Assembly: GCA_964570845.1 (NCBI GenBank)
Contig: CAZMZB010000001.1
Span: 143,473-207,472, forward strand
DNA length: 64,000 nt
Direction of reading: 5' to 3'
From: an uncultured Candidatus Saccharibacteria bacterium
Lineage (GTDB): Bacteria; Patescibacteriota; Saccharimonadia; Saccharimonadales; Saccharimonadaceae
Below the pieces are notes generated by a model. The model made no database searches and was not told the DNA's origin. It was given only the letters and a program-made list of their open reading frames with translations. A program made the position numbers and the translations under genes. Of the stretch, positions 53,510 through 61,227 are shown piece after piece (the first letter of the stretch is position 1; each line of letters begins with the position of its first letter).

Positions 53510-54298
53510 TTAGTAATATCTTGCTGTAACCAGATTATCCCAGAAAGAATTATTCGCTCTCCATTGTGAATAATTTCTCCCATTCGTTTGATACATGCCA
53601 GAGTCAAAGAAGACATCTCCAGCTCGTACTGATTCAATCCATTTATCAAACGTTATTGGATCACCAAAGGCAATCGATCTATAAATGCCACCTGCATCCT
53701 TCTCGCACTTGAACCAACCCTTATCATTAAACTTTGACTCTACTCTTTTTTTCAAGGTTTTTGCATCCCATCGCGCTAGTGTCAATCCTTCTTCCTGCAA
53801 TTCCGAAGGTACAATTCGAGGCTTATTAGGTCTCTTATCTTTAGAGTATGAGTAGAGGGCTTCAATATTATTATCTTCGTCCACTATAAGCTTTTGACCA
53901 AACTGATTCCATTTTCCAATCTGCGGAACTGGTTCACCAGACCATGAAAACCTTCCGTTCTTCTTTGCATTTGGCTTACCGAATACCTGCATAAACTCAT
54001 CGCGCGTAATAGAGTAGTTATTGTCTTTAAAAATGTAGTAGTTAGCTGACCAATCCCCAAATGTAGTCTTCGATGTAGTTCCATTCTTCATTTCATATCC
54101 AAAAATATCAGGTGCATTACTCGCATTAGGAGAAACGCCCATTGCAGCCTCTAACCAATGGCCATCTTTTCCAGAATGCTTTACATTTGCTAACGCACTA
54201 TCAGCCTTCTTCCCCAAAACCTTATCCCTAAAAAGTTCAACGATAGCCCTTCTATCTTCAGGTATTGCTACAATGGGCTGCGTATTATTGTCATCCAT
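53510..54298 (-). CDS. Type II restriction endonuclease, MutH/MvaI/BcnI-like PD-(D/E)XK
   Basis: HSGKDGHWLEAAMGV...APDIFGYEMK matches the MutH/Sau3AI/MvaI-BcnI style D...ExK core. Adjacent to and co-oriented with the C5 methyltransferase. Specificity not inferable. Confidence 0.65.
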   Translation of the reverse strand: MDDNNTQPIVAIPEDRRAIVELFRDKVLGKKADSALANVKHSGKDGHWLEAAMGVSPNASNAPDIFGYEMKNGTTSKTTFGDWSANYYIFKDNNYSITRDEFMQVFGKPNAKKNGRFSWSGEPVPQIGKWNQFGQKLIVDEDNNIEALYSYSKDKRPNKPRIVPSELQEEGLTLARWDAKTLKKRVESKFNDKGWFKCEKDAGGIYRSIAFGDPITFDKWIESVRAGDVFFDSGMYQTNGRNYSQWRANNSFWDNLVTARYY

Positions 54299-54530
54299 AT
54301 ATGTGAATATTATTTCATAATCACAGTAAGTTTGGAAGTACAAACAACCAATAGATGCTCCTTTATCATCAGCTAATCCTTGGCTAAATAAAAAAGCTTA
54401 AATCTCCGCTACACAAAACCTTGATAAACTGGAGTGTAATATATTTTTACTTATGATTGTTATAGAATTATAGATAGCAGAGATGGAGTGGGCCAGTTTT
54501 GTTTACAATAATTAAGAGATAGGCTACTAA

Positions 54531-56411
54531 ATGAAAATCGTTGGCGCAATAATTGAAAACTTTAGAAGTATAGAGAGTCTTACAATAGACTTAACTCCAG
54601 AGGGCGATTGTAGCGCCAGAGTTTTAACCGGAATTAATGAGTCTGGCAAAAGTAATATACTTAAAGCCCTTGCTCTTCTATCTAGCGAGAATAAACTCAC
54701 CTATTCTAAAGATGTAAACAAAAAAGCAAAGAGTGAAAAAAAAGACATAGAAGTCAGATATGAGCTTGACTCAAGTGCGGCATCCATCCTACTAGACCAT
54801 CTTGAATCAAAAGGAGTTGCTAAAGAGATAATCGATAACATCGATATCAACTATATTGAACGAGTTGTTTCATTTGACTCTTCGTCAGCACGCAATGACT
54901 ATTTTCTCATATACCTAGAAGATGCCCCTGACCTACCTGATTATTCACACTCTGAAACTAAGGGGTTCATTAAGACTGATGATACTTCATCGGAAGAGTC
55001 GGAGCCTAGTGCTTTAACTCCAGCAACACCTCAACTTGAAAAAGATAAAGCTCTTGAGGAAAAGAAGGATTGGGAAGAGGTTTTAGAAGATGTGTATGCC
55101 CACGATGCTTTAGAGGCGAGTATACCAAGAGTTATATTTTGGTCATACAAAGATAAGTATCTTATTAATAAGGAGATTAATCTAACAAATTTTTCAGCTA
55201 ATCCTGCAACCGTATCTAAGCCACTTCATAATGTATTCAATCTCGCAAAATACACTGACGCTCAAATACCAGCAGTAATTAATGATGCACTTGAGGATGG
55301 CTCCCAAATGGGAGAGCTTGCAGATAAATTAGAGACAACCGTAACAGAATATCTCGAGGATGTCTGGCCAGAGCATCGAGTTAGCATCAAGGTGCTCACT
55401 GCAAACCCTACAATATCGTTTCATGTGGTAGAAAAAGATGTTCCTGCTGGAGGTAGGTATGAGGTAGCTGAACGAAGTGACGGATTTAAGCATTTCTTTG
55501 CAATCTTACTTAACTTAGCTGCAGAGAATTCTACCTCTCAGCTAAAAGACTGTTTAGTGCTCCTTGACGAGCCTGAAGTGCATTTACACCCATCAGGCGC
55601 TAAGTACTTGCGAGATCAGCTTCTAAAGATAGCTGGGCTTAACACTCTCGTTTATAGTACCCATTCTATATTCATGATTGACAGATCTTGTCTCGATAGA
55701 CACTATAAGGTGCATAAAGAAGATGAGACCACCCAAATACTTAAGATTGATAGCTCAAACCCATTCAAAGAAGAGTTAGTATACGAGGCACTTGGTACGA
55801 GTGTTCTAGACCTTATAAGCGAACATAACGTTCTTTTTGAAGGGTTAACAGATAAAAAGCTGTTTGAAGCATTTACTCATAAGTATCGTTCTGAAATTAA
55901 ACCCCTTGATATCACGACAATGAGCGTTGATGGCGAGACTCACTTTGATAAGTATTGTAAGTTTTTTAACAAAAAGAATATTAAAGGCTATATTATAGCT
56001 GACTCTGACAAGGACGGCGTAAGTGCACAAAAGAGAATATTAGCTAATAATTCACCTGAGTATAACGAGCGAAATACTTTTACCATAAATGATATTTTTA
56101 ACACCAAAAAGAAATCATGCCTCGAAGACTTAATTCCAAGCGCTGTTCTTGAAGCATGCATAAATGATTATTCTGGCATTACTATCGTACTTGAGGAATC
56201 AAAAACTTTTGCAGAACAAATTGCCGAATACAATAGTAAGAATGCTAAAAAAATTGATATTAATGGGCTGAAGATGTTTATCTGCGATTTTGTGTGTGAT
56301 GATATCTCTAAACGCACAATGACTAAAGAAAAAACTAAGCAAAAATACCCAGAATATCATGAGTTCTTAGTAAATCTTCATCAGAAGCTTAAAACTGCAA
56401 ACACAGCTTAG
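54531..56411 (+). CDS. OLD-family ATP-dependent nuclease (ABC-type ATPase + TOPRIM)
   Basis: N-terminal IENFRSIESL...GINESGKSNILKAL, Walker B LLDEPEVHLHP, C-terminal TOPRIM (VLFEGLTDKKL ... IIADSDKDG). No helicase partner adjacent. Confidence 0.85.
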   Translation: MKIVGAIIENFRSIESLTIDLTPEGDCSARVLTGINESGKSNILKALALLSSENKLTYSKDVNKKAKSEKKDIEVRYELDSSAASILLDHLESKGVAKEIIDNIDINYIERVVSFDSSSARNDYFLIYLEDAPDLPDYSHSETKGFIKTDDTSSEESEPSALTPATPQLEKDKALEEKKDWEEVLEDVYAHDALEASIPRVIFWSYKDKYLINKEINLTNFSANPATVSKPLHNVFNLAKYTDAQIPAVINDALEDGSQMGELADKLETTVTEYLEDVWPEHRVSIKVLTANPTISFHVVEKDVPAGGRYEVAERSDGFKHFFAILLNLAAENSTSQLKDCLVLLDEPEVHLHPSGAKYLRDQLLKIAGLNTLVYSTHSIFMIDRSCLDRHYKVHKEDETTQILKIDSSNPFKEELVYEALGTSVLDLISEHNVLFEGLTDKKLFEAFTHKYRSEIKPLDITTMSVDGETHFDKYCKFFNKKNIKGYIIADSDKDGVSAQKRILANNSPEYNERNTFTINDIFNTKKKSCLEDLIPSAVLEACINDYSGITIVLEESKTFAEQIAEYNSKNAKKIDINGLKMFICDFVCDDISKRTMTKEKTKQKYPEYHEFLVNLHQKLKTANTA

Positions 56412-56593
56412 CAGGGGTCTGCTCGTTTTTCCATTTCTTGCTTAATATAATACTCAGCAATACCATGAAGCAGCATCACCACTTCCGCCACTCGTTCGTC
56501 TGTCAGTTCATCAGATATCTCTTTACCAAGTAGCTTACGGGCTTCTTTGACGGATATTATTGGTTTTGTGGTAGTTCTATCTATTTTGGTCAT
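56408..56593 (-). CDS. Small helical hypothetical protein (last gene of 3-gene operon)
   Basis: 61 aa. ISVKEARKLLGKE resembles the first helix of excisionase/MerR-type HTHs (weak). The start overlaps the previous gene by 17 nt. Confidence 0.45.
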   Translation of the reverse strand: MTKIDRTTTKPIISVKEARKLLGKEISDELTDERVAEVVMLLHGIAEYYIKQEMEKRADPC

Positions 56594-56801
56594 TGCGAAT
56601 ATTCGAATTCATAAAACCACGCTTTGCCATAGCTTCATCGAAGCGTTTATCCATATAGAGAAGATCTGGCCATATACCTAGTGTGAAGTAGTTAAAGGTG
56701 ATTAATCTTCCAAAGGATACTTTCTCTCCAAGATAAAAGCGGTTAATTGGCAAGAACCAGCTGCATACAGTGAGTATTTTGTAAGTATTACGATCTTTCA
56801 T
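56577..56801 (-). CDS. Small membrane protein with TM2-like RFYLG motif
   Basis: 74 aa; CSWFLPINRFYLGEKVSFGRLITFNYFTLGIWPDLLYM. Confidence 0.5.
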   Translation of the reverse strand: MKDRNTYKILTVCSWFLPINRFYLGEKVSFGRLITFNYFTLGIWPDLLYMDKRFDEAMAKRGFMNSNIRNDQNR

Positions 56802-56803
56802 GG

Positions 56804-57292
56804 TTATTTCTGCTCCTCTACAGTGATTACATAGTCTCTAACTGATGATGAGTTGATAAATAGGTAGTAATTGCCTGCTGGCTTTTGCATAATCTTCTCG
56901 TCGCTCTGAGTACCGATTGTCGTGATGTCTTGAACGGCAATGTTCTGCTCTCCCTGAGCATTGCGGGTTGTTGTCCAGCCTTCTGGCAATAGGTAAATAA
57001 AAGCTGTTCCGCTATCTGAAACTGTGTTTACTGTGTATTTCACACGGATGTTACCGCCGCTGAGCGCAAAGACTTCTCCGCTTTTTTCTTTGTTATCTCC
57101 AGTGAGTTCGGATACCTTCACCCACTTTTTAGGTTCTGCTACTTCTTTAGCTTTCTCTTCTCCACTATTTGCTGTTTCTTCGGTTGGTGTTTCAGAACCT
57201 ATGACATTGCCGATGAATGCTAGTGCTAAAACGATAATGACCCATATCCACCACTTCTTGTACCATGCTTTTTTACTATTGTGTTTATCCAT
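56804..57292 (-). CDS. Bitopic membrane protein with extracytoplasmic beta-rich domain
   Basis: ATG at 57292 follows GGAGGG. KKAWYKKWWIWVIIVLALAFIGNVIG anchor, then a roughly 110-aa domain (VFALSGGNIRVKYTVNTVSDSGTAFIYLLPEGW...YYLFINSS). Confidence 0.65.
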   Translation of the reverse strand: MDKHNSKKAWYKKWWIWVIIVLALAFIGNVIGSETPTEETANSGEEKAKEVAEPKKWVKVSELTGDNKEKSGEVFALSGGNIRVKYTVNTVSDSGTAFIYLLPEGWTTTRNAQGEQNIAVQDITTIGTQSDEKIMQKPAGNYYLFINSSSVRDYVITVEEQK

Positions 57293-57370
57293 TTTGGAGC
57301 CCTCCTTAGACTCGTTTGATTTATTTATACGGGTCTCCAAAATTAAAAGAGGACGGCCCGCAATCAGGTC

Positions 57371-57476
57371 GTCTAAACCAGTACTAAGCTTGCGCTAAAT
57401 ACTTTATTGATGCGTGCCGCCCATTTCTAAGCACAAGCAACGCACAAAGATCTGTGCACTTAATACTGGTTTAGAC
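57371..57476. repeat. 18-bp inverted repeat arms separated by 70 bp
   Basis: GTCTAAACCAGTACTAAG (57371-57388) versus CTTAATACTGGTTTAGAC (57459-57476): 17/18 complementary, read directly. Confidence 0.85.
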
Positions 57477-57504
57477 ATTATTAATTATAGCGCAAAGTTC
57501 AAAA

Positions 57505-57526
57505 ACAGTGAGATAACAGTGAGATA
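57505..57526. repeat. Perfect tandem 11-bp direct repeat (ACAGTGAGATA x2)
   Basis: Read directly. Lies 15 nt upstream of a TATAAT (57541-57546) that sits 6 nt before the wHTH gene ATG. Confidence 0.9.
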
Positions 57527-57552
57527 GTACAATTATTAGATATAATCTACCT

Positions 57553-58236
57553 ATGACATCTAGATACCAAAGAAAACAGGAATTGCTTAACCTTAGAGCC
57601 CAGAAAATGCGTGACGATGCGAATATTGAAGATAGATTAAATTTTCAACGCCCGACTGACTCTACTCTGTACAAATTTCTAGATACTTTTCTTGAAAACT
57701 ATAGCTGGCGTGAAGATATTTTTAGCGATAGTATAAATTTGTCAGTTTTTGAAAGTAACGATACAAGCGATTCCTATAAAATTACCGAGGAAAGTCAGAA
57801 TCTCTACGATACACTACGCTGGCTTAGTAGCAATAAGTACCTTTTCCTTGCTAATAACCATGACGGAACAGTGACCTTAAATAATGTTAACGATGAAGAG
57901 CTCTATGAGCTAATGGCTGGGCTAAAGCCCCACATCAGTCCCGCCATTGTCATATATAATCCAACCACTAAAGAAGTCTGGTTTAATGGTCGAAAACACA
58001 AGCTACAACGAGGAAAGAATTTAAAAATATTTCACCTGTTAGCTACAAATCAAAACGAACGATTATCGAAAGAGGCGGTTTGGCGATCAATAGGCTTTCG
58101 TAAAACGAAAAAACGAGATACATCAGACTTTAGCAAACTAGTTGCTAATGTCCGCACCTCTGTGGATGCAAGTTTAGAAGAGATTCAACTTGCTGAAACA
58201 TTGACACTTCACGCTGATGTAAAAATTATAGATTAG
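57553..58236 (+). CDS. Protein with C-terminal OmpR/PhoB-type winged-helix DNA-binding domain
   Basis: 227 aa. The C-terminal part VWFNGRKHKLQRGKNLKIFHLLATNQNERLSKEAVWRSIG resembles trans_reg_C. No receiver domain. The N-terminal 130 aa are unassigned. Confidence 0.65.
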   Translation: MTSRYQRKQELLNLRAQKMRDDANIEDRLNFQRPTDSTLYKFLDTFLENYSWREDIFSDSINLSVFESNDTSDSYKITEESQNLYDTLRWLSSNKYLFLANNHDGTVTLNNVNDEELYELMAGLKPHISPAIVIYNPTTKEVWFNGRKHKLQRGKNLKIFHLLATNQNERLSKEAVWRSIGFRKTKKRDTSDFSKLVANVRTSVDASLEEIQLAETLTLHADVKIID

Positions 58237-58345
58237 ACATCTTCCAATTAAAACGAATTTTAGTATTTTATATTAATTTTTACCCCTGTTATGAACGTAT
58301 AATCTAGGTTCGATAGCTTCCAAAAAAACTTCTAAAATAAGAAGT

Positions 58346-58501
58346 ATGTTCGCGAAAGAAGAGCAAGAAAAAATAATAAATAGTGAGTATGAAAGGGCTT
58401 TCACTGAGCTTGCTAGTTTTCTTTTTGAGCAATACCGAGAACAAAAAGAAGTTCAAGAAGCAATGAATGATATAGAGCAGGACGAGTCTTGTCAAAGTTA
58501 A
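58346..58501 (+). CDS. Possible 51-aa acidic protein upstream of the recombinase
   Basis: Hand-found ORF MFAKEEQEKIINSEYERAFTELASFLFEQYREQKEVQEAMNDIEQDESCQS. The palindrome ACTTCT-AAAATA-AGAAGT abuts the ATG. Below the track cutoff. Confidence 0.3.
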   Translation: MFAKEEQEKIINSEYERAFTELASFLFEQYREQKEVQEAMNDIEQDESCQS

Positions 58502-58548
58502 TATATTATTTCATAGAATATATAATAATTAATAGGAAGGAATAACTT

Positions 58549-60234
58549 ATGAATAAAAAAGTAAAAGCAATCGCCCTTTGTCGGGTGTCAACAATGAAGC
58601 AAAAGGAAGACGGTAATCTTACCCCACAAAAAAAGAACGTAGAGATGGCCGCAGACGTACTAGATGCAGATCTTGTAAAGATTTGGGAGCTGGTAGTCTC
58701 CAGCCGTAAAGGCAAAAATATGAACCGCAAAGACCTGCGAGAAATGCATGATTACTGCAAGCGTTACAGGCCAGTTAAATATCTCATTGTTGATGAGGTA
58801 GACCGCTTCATGCGCTCTATTGATGAATATTTTTGGTGGAAGATGGAATTCAAACTCATAGGCGTTAGGCTCGTACATGCAACTCGACCCGACATTAACC
58901 CTGATGATGACAGAGCTGTATTTGACGAGTTGATTGATGTTTACCGAGCAGAACAAAGCAATAATGAACGTATCAAGAAAACACCTGAAAAGCAAAAGGC
59001 TCGACTTTACGCAGGCTACTATCCGAGCAACCCTCATACTGGTTATAAAAAATCGGAAATACCCGGCTTACACATTCCAGATGAACCAAATTGGTCGGCA
59101 ATGCGTACTTCATTCAGGGCAATGGCTGCTGGCGAATATAGCGTTGAAGAAGGACTCAGGCAGGCAACAGGCAGAGGCTTAAGGACAAAAAATTATGGTC
59201 CAAAAGCTATAGGCGGCAAAGAGATAGATATGTATCGTTGGAAAGAGCTGATGATAGACCCATATTATTGCGGCATCATGAAGTTCGCTGATTGGGATTT
59301 AGGCGAACAGCCTATCAAGGGAATTCATAAGCCAATGATTACCGTAGAAGAACATAAGATTCTTGTACACCTAGTAAAAAATAAGGGTAAACGGTTTACG
59401 GTTAAGAGAAATAACCCAGACTATCCATTTGCCAACCAAGCCGAATGCGCTAGATGCACCCTATCAGAATATAAGCACCCTCGGTTAACGGGTGCAACAC
59501 AGAATAATGGCGCTGCAAAGGGCTATAAACAATATAAACGATATAGATGCAGGGCCTGTAATCTAGAAGTAAGACAAGAAGTCTTCCACCAAGAAATAAG
59601 CGAGGAGCTATCACAGCTCCTCCTTTCATATGAACAGAAAGATAAGCTAAGACAACATGCTCGTAAGATATGGTCGCTACATGAGAAAACTCGTATAGAG
59701 CAAGCTCACATAGAATCTAATAAGTTGGCTATTTTAAAAGAACGCAAGAAAAAAATACTAGATTCATTGATCGAGGCTGAAGATGACCTTGTGAAAGACT
59801 TAAAGGAGAGGCTGGGAGAGTTGCGCAACGATATTGCAGAGGCTGAGAAAAATACTGCTGAAGCGCAAGACTTTGAGAAAGACTTTCATGAGTTCATCGA
59901 CTTTGTATTTGATTTTATGGATAACTTACAGAGTAAATGGTGGAAATTAGATAAGCAGACGATGGGAATATATAAACAAATGCTATTTCCTGCTGGAATT
60001 CAGCTATTACCAAATAAAAAAGTTTATATACCCAAAATTAGCCCTATTTACCTCTATAAAAACAAAAAACAGCCCCCAAAAAAGGCTGATTCTTCTAGAC
60101 TGGAGGGGCCACTGGGACTCGAACCCAGGACACCCTGCTTAAAAGGCAGGTGCTCTAACCAGCTGAGCTATGGCCCCGTAAAGCGTTACTTCGCTCAAAA
60201 AACAGTAACATTTTTACCACACCTCTGTCAATGA
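58549..60234 (+). CDS. Large serine recombinase (integrase); last roughly 55 codons are read-through across tRNA-Lys
   Basis: Catalytic N-domain AIALCRVSTMKQ and LIVDEVDRFMRS, a recombinase domain, a zinc ribbon (CARC...CRAC) and a long coiled coil. The first in-frame stop is at 60232-60234, beyond the tRNA gene. Confidence 0.9.
   Translation: MNKKVKAIALCRVSTMKQKEDGNLTPQKKNVEMAADVLDADLVKIWELVVSSRKGKNMNRKDLREMHDYCKRYRPVKYLIVDEVDRFMRSIDEYFWWKMEFKLIGVRLVHATRPDINPDDDRAVFDELIDVYRAEQSNNERIKKTPEKQKARLYAGYYPSNPHTGYKKSEIPGLHIPDEPNWSAMRTSFRAMAAGEYSVEEGLRQATGRGLRTKNYGPKAIGGKEIDMYRWKELMIDPYYCGIMKFADWDLGEQPIKGIHKPMITVEEHKILVHLVKNKGKRFTVKRNNPDYPFANQAECARCTLSEYKHPRLTGATQNNGAAKGYKQYKRYRCRACNLEVRQEVFHQEISEELSQLLLSYEQKDKLRQHARKIWSLHEKTRIEQAHIESNKLAILKERKKKILDSLIEAEDDLVKDLKERLGELRNDIAEAEKNTAEAQDFEKDFHEFIDFVFDFMDNLQSKWWKLDKQTMGIYKQMLFPAGIQLLPNKKVYIPKISPIYLYKNKKQPPKKADSSRLEGPLGLEPRTPCLKGRCSNQLSYGPVKRYFAQKTVTFLPHLCQ
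60070..60088 (-). terminator. Intrinsic terminator of tRNA-Lys(UUU), embedded in the recombinase ORF
   Basis: Minus strand CAGCC-UUUUUUGGG-GGCUG followed by UUUUUUG, 12 nt after the tRNA CCA end. Confidence 0.6.
60101..60177 (-). tRNA. tRNA-Lys (anticodon UUU)
   Basis: 77 nt; acceptor GGGGCCA/UGGCCCC, anticodon arm CCUGC-CUUUUAA-GCAGG, T arm CUGGG-UUCGAGU-CCCAG, encoded CCA. Confidence 0.95.
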
Positions 60235-60716
60235 CTTGCTTTTCGTCCACGTTTTTTGTGTGGAGTCTGCGTCATTAAAATATCAACAACTGCGATAATC
60301 AGACAAGTAACAATGATGACTTGTTGAATTTCTGTAAAAGCTTCATAAATTGGCAAGCTGACTTCATCAAATTGCATAAAACCGCCTAAGATACTTAGTA
60401 AAAACGTTGAAGCAAGTAAAGCAAAGAGGAGTGAGCCAACAATTCGAGGGAGTTTTGTACTGTAGGTCGGCCCGCTGAATAATAGAAGGATTGCAGGTGC
60501 AACAACAAGCGCTGCCTGTACGATTACCAGTAGCGGTGGTGCCATAGAATCAATGCCCTGTCCTTGGATGAGCGGGGTTAACTTTTCAGCCCAACTCTGA
60601 CTAATAATGACACCGGCCGCGAGCGCTAAACCTAAAACACCAAATCGACGGCGCATAAAAAAGCTTAAAATGAATAGCAGGCCAAAAATGATTACAAAAA
60701 AAAGAATAGCATTCAT
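60228..60716 (-). CDS. Polytopic membrane protein
   Basis: 162 aa, 5 hydrophobic helices, basic C-terminus. No family recognised. Confidence 0.65.
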   Translation of the reverse strand: MNAILFFVIIFGLLFILSFFMRRRFGVLGLALAAGVIISQSWAEKLTPLIQGQGIDSMAPPLLVIVQAALVVAPAILLLFSGPTYSTKLPRIVGSLLFALLASTFLLSILGGFMQFDEVSLPIYEAFTEIQQVIIVTCLIIAVVDILMTQTPHKKRGRKASH

Positions 60717-60721
60717 ATAAT

Positions 60722-61198
60722 CTACCTTATAGCCTCTAGGGCATTGATATCAAAATTTGCCAACGTGCCGATAGTGATTTTATTTCGAGTGGTATAGTAA
60801 GCCGGAACTTCTAAAACATAGCGAGCTGGCTTCTTAGATGTAAATAACTTTGGAAAACTCTCTGGTGACGCATTTTTTACGATATGCACTACTTCTTTGT
60901 CTTTATCCAACCAAATAATATCAATATTAATCTTCATATCTTTCATCCAGATACTGTGAGTGTCATCATTATCATAAATAAACAACATACCTTCACCATC
61001 TTCAAGTTTTTCAACTCCACTCAAACCCTTGTCGCGTTGGATATCAGTTTTTGAAACTTTTGCTGAAATTACTTTATCACCTAAAATAATACGCGTGGTA
61101 CTTTGAAACCAAGATGTAAAAATCATTGCGGCCGCCACCGCTAGAATAAGTAGTCCTATGGTAACAACGATATATGTAGACCTGTTGCGATGATTCAT
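60722..61198 (-). CDS. DUF192 (COG1430) family protein with N-terminal anchor
   Basis: 158 aa; GLSGVEKLEDGEGMLFIY...IWMKDMKINIDIIWLD pattern typical of DUF192. Confidence 0.75.
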   Translation of the reverse strand: MNHRNRSTYIVVTIGLLILAVAAAMIFTSWFQSTTRIILGDKVISAKVSKTDIQRDKGLSGVEKLEDGEGMLFIYDNDDTHSIWMKDMKINIDIIWLDKDKEVVHIVKNASPESFPKLFTSKKPARYVLEVPAYYTTRNKITIGTLANFDINALEAIR

Positions 61199-61227
61199 AG
61201 CACTACTATAGTACTATTTCTTGGAAT

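Larger units (their letters stand above)
51940..60100. mobile_element. Putative integrated accessory (defense) island next to tRNA-Lys(UUU); left boundary uncertain
   Basis: A large serine recombinase sits at the tRNA-proximal end. Cargo is a type II R-M pair, an OLD nuclease and orphan genes. Housekeeping genes flank both sides. No long direct repeat was found, as expected for serine recombinases. Confidence 0.55.

Noticed and set aside
58304-58730. Minus-strand ORFs 58304-58495 (63 aa) and 58506-58730 (74 aa)
   Set aside because: They are low-complexity Phe/Leu/Ser-rich translations of AT-rich spacer and of the antisense strand of the recombinase 5' end. No SD.
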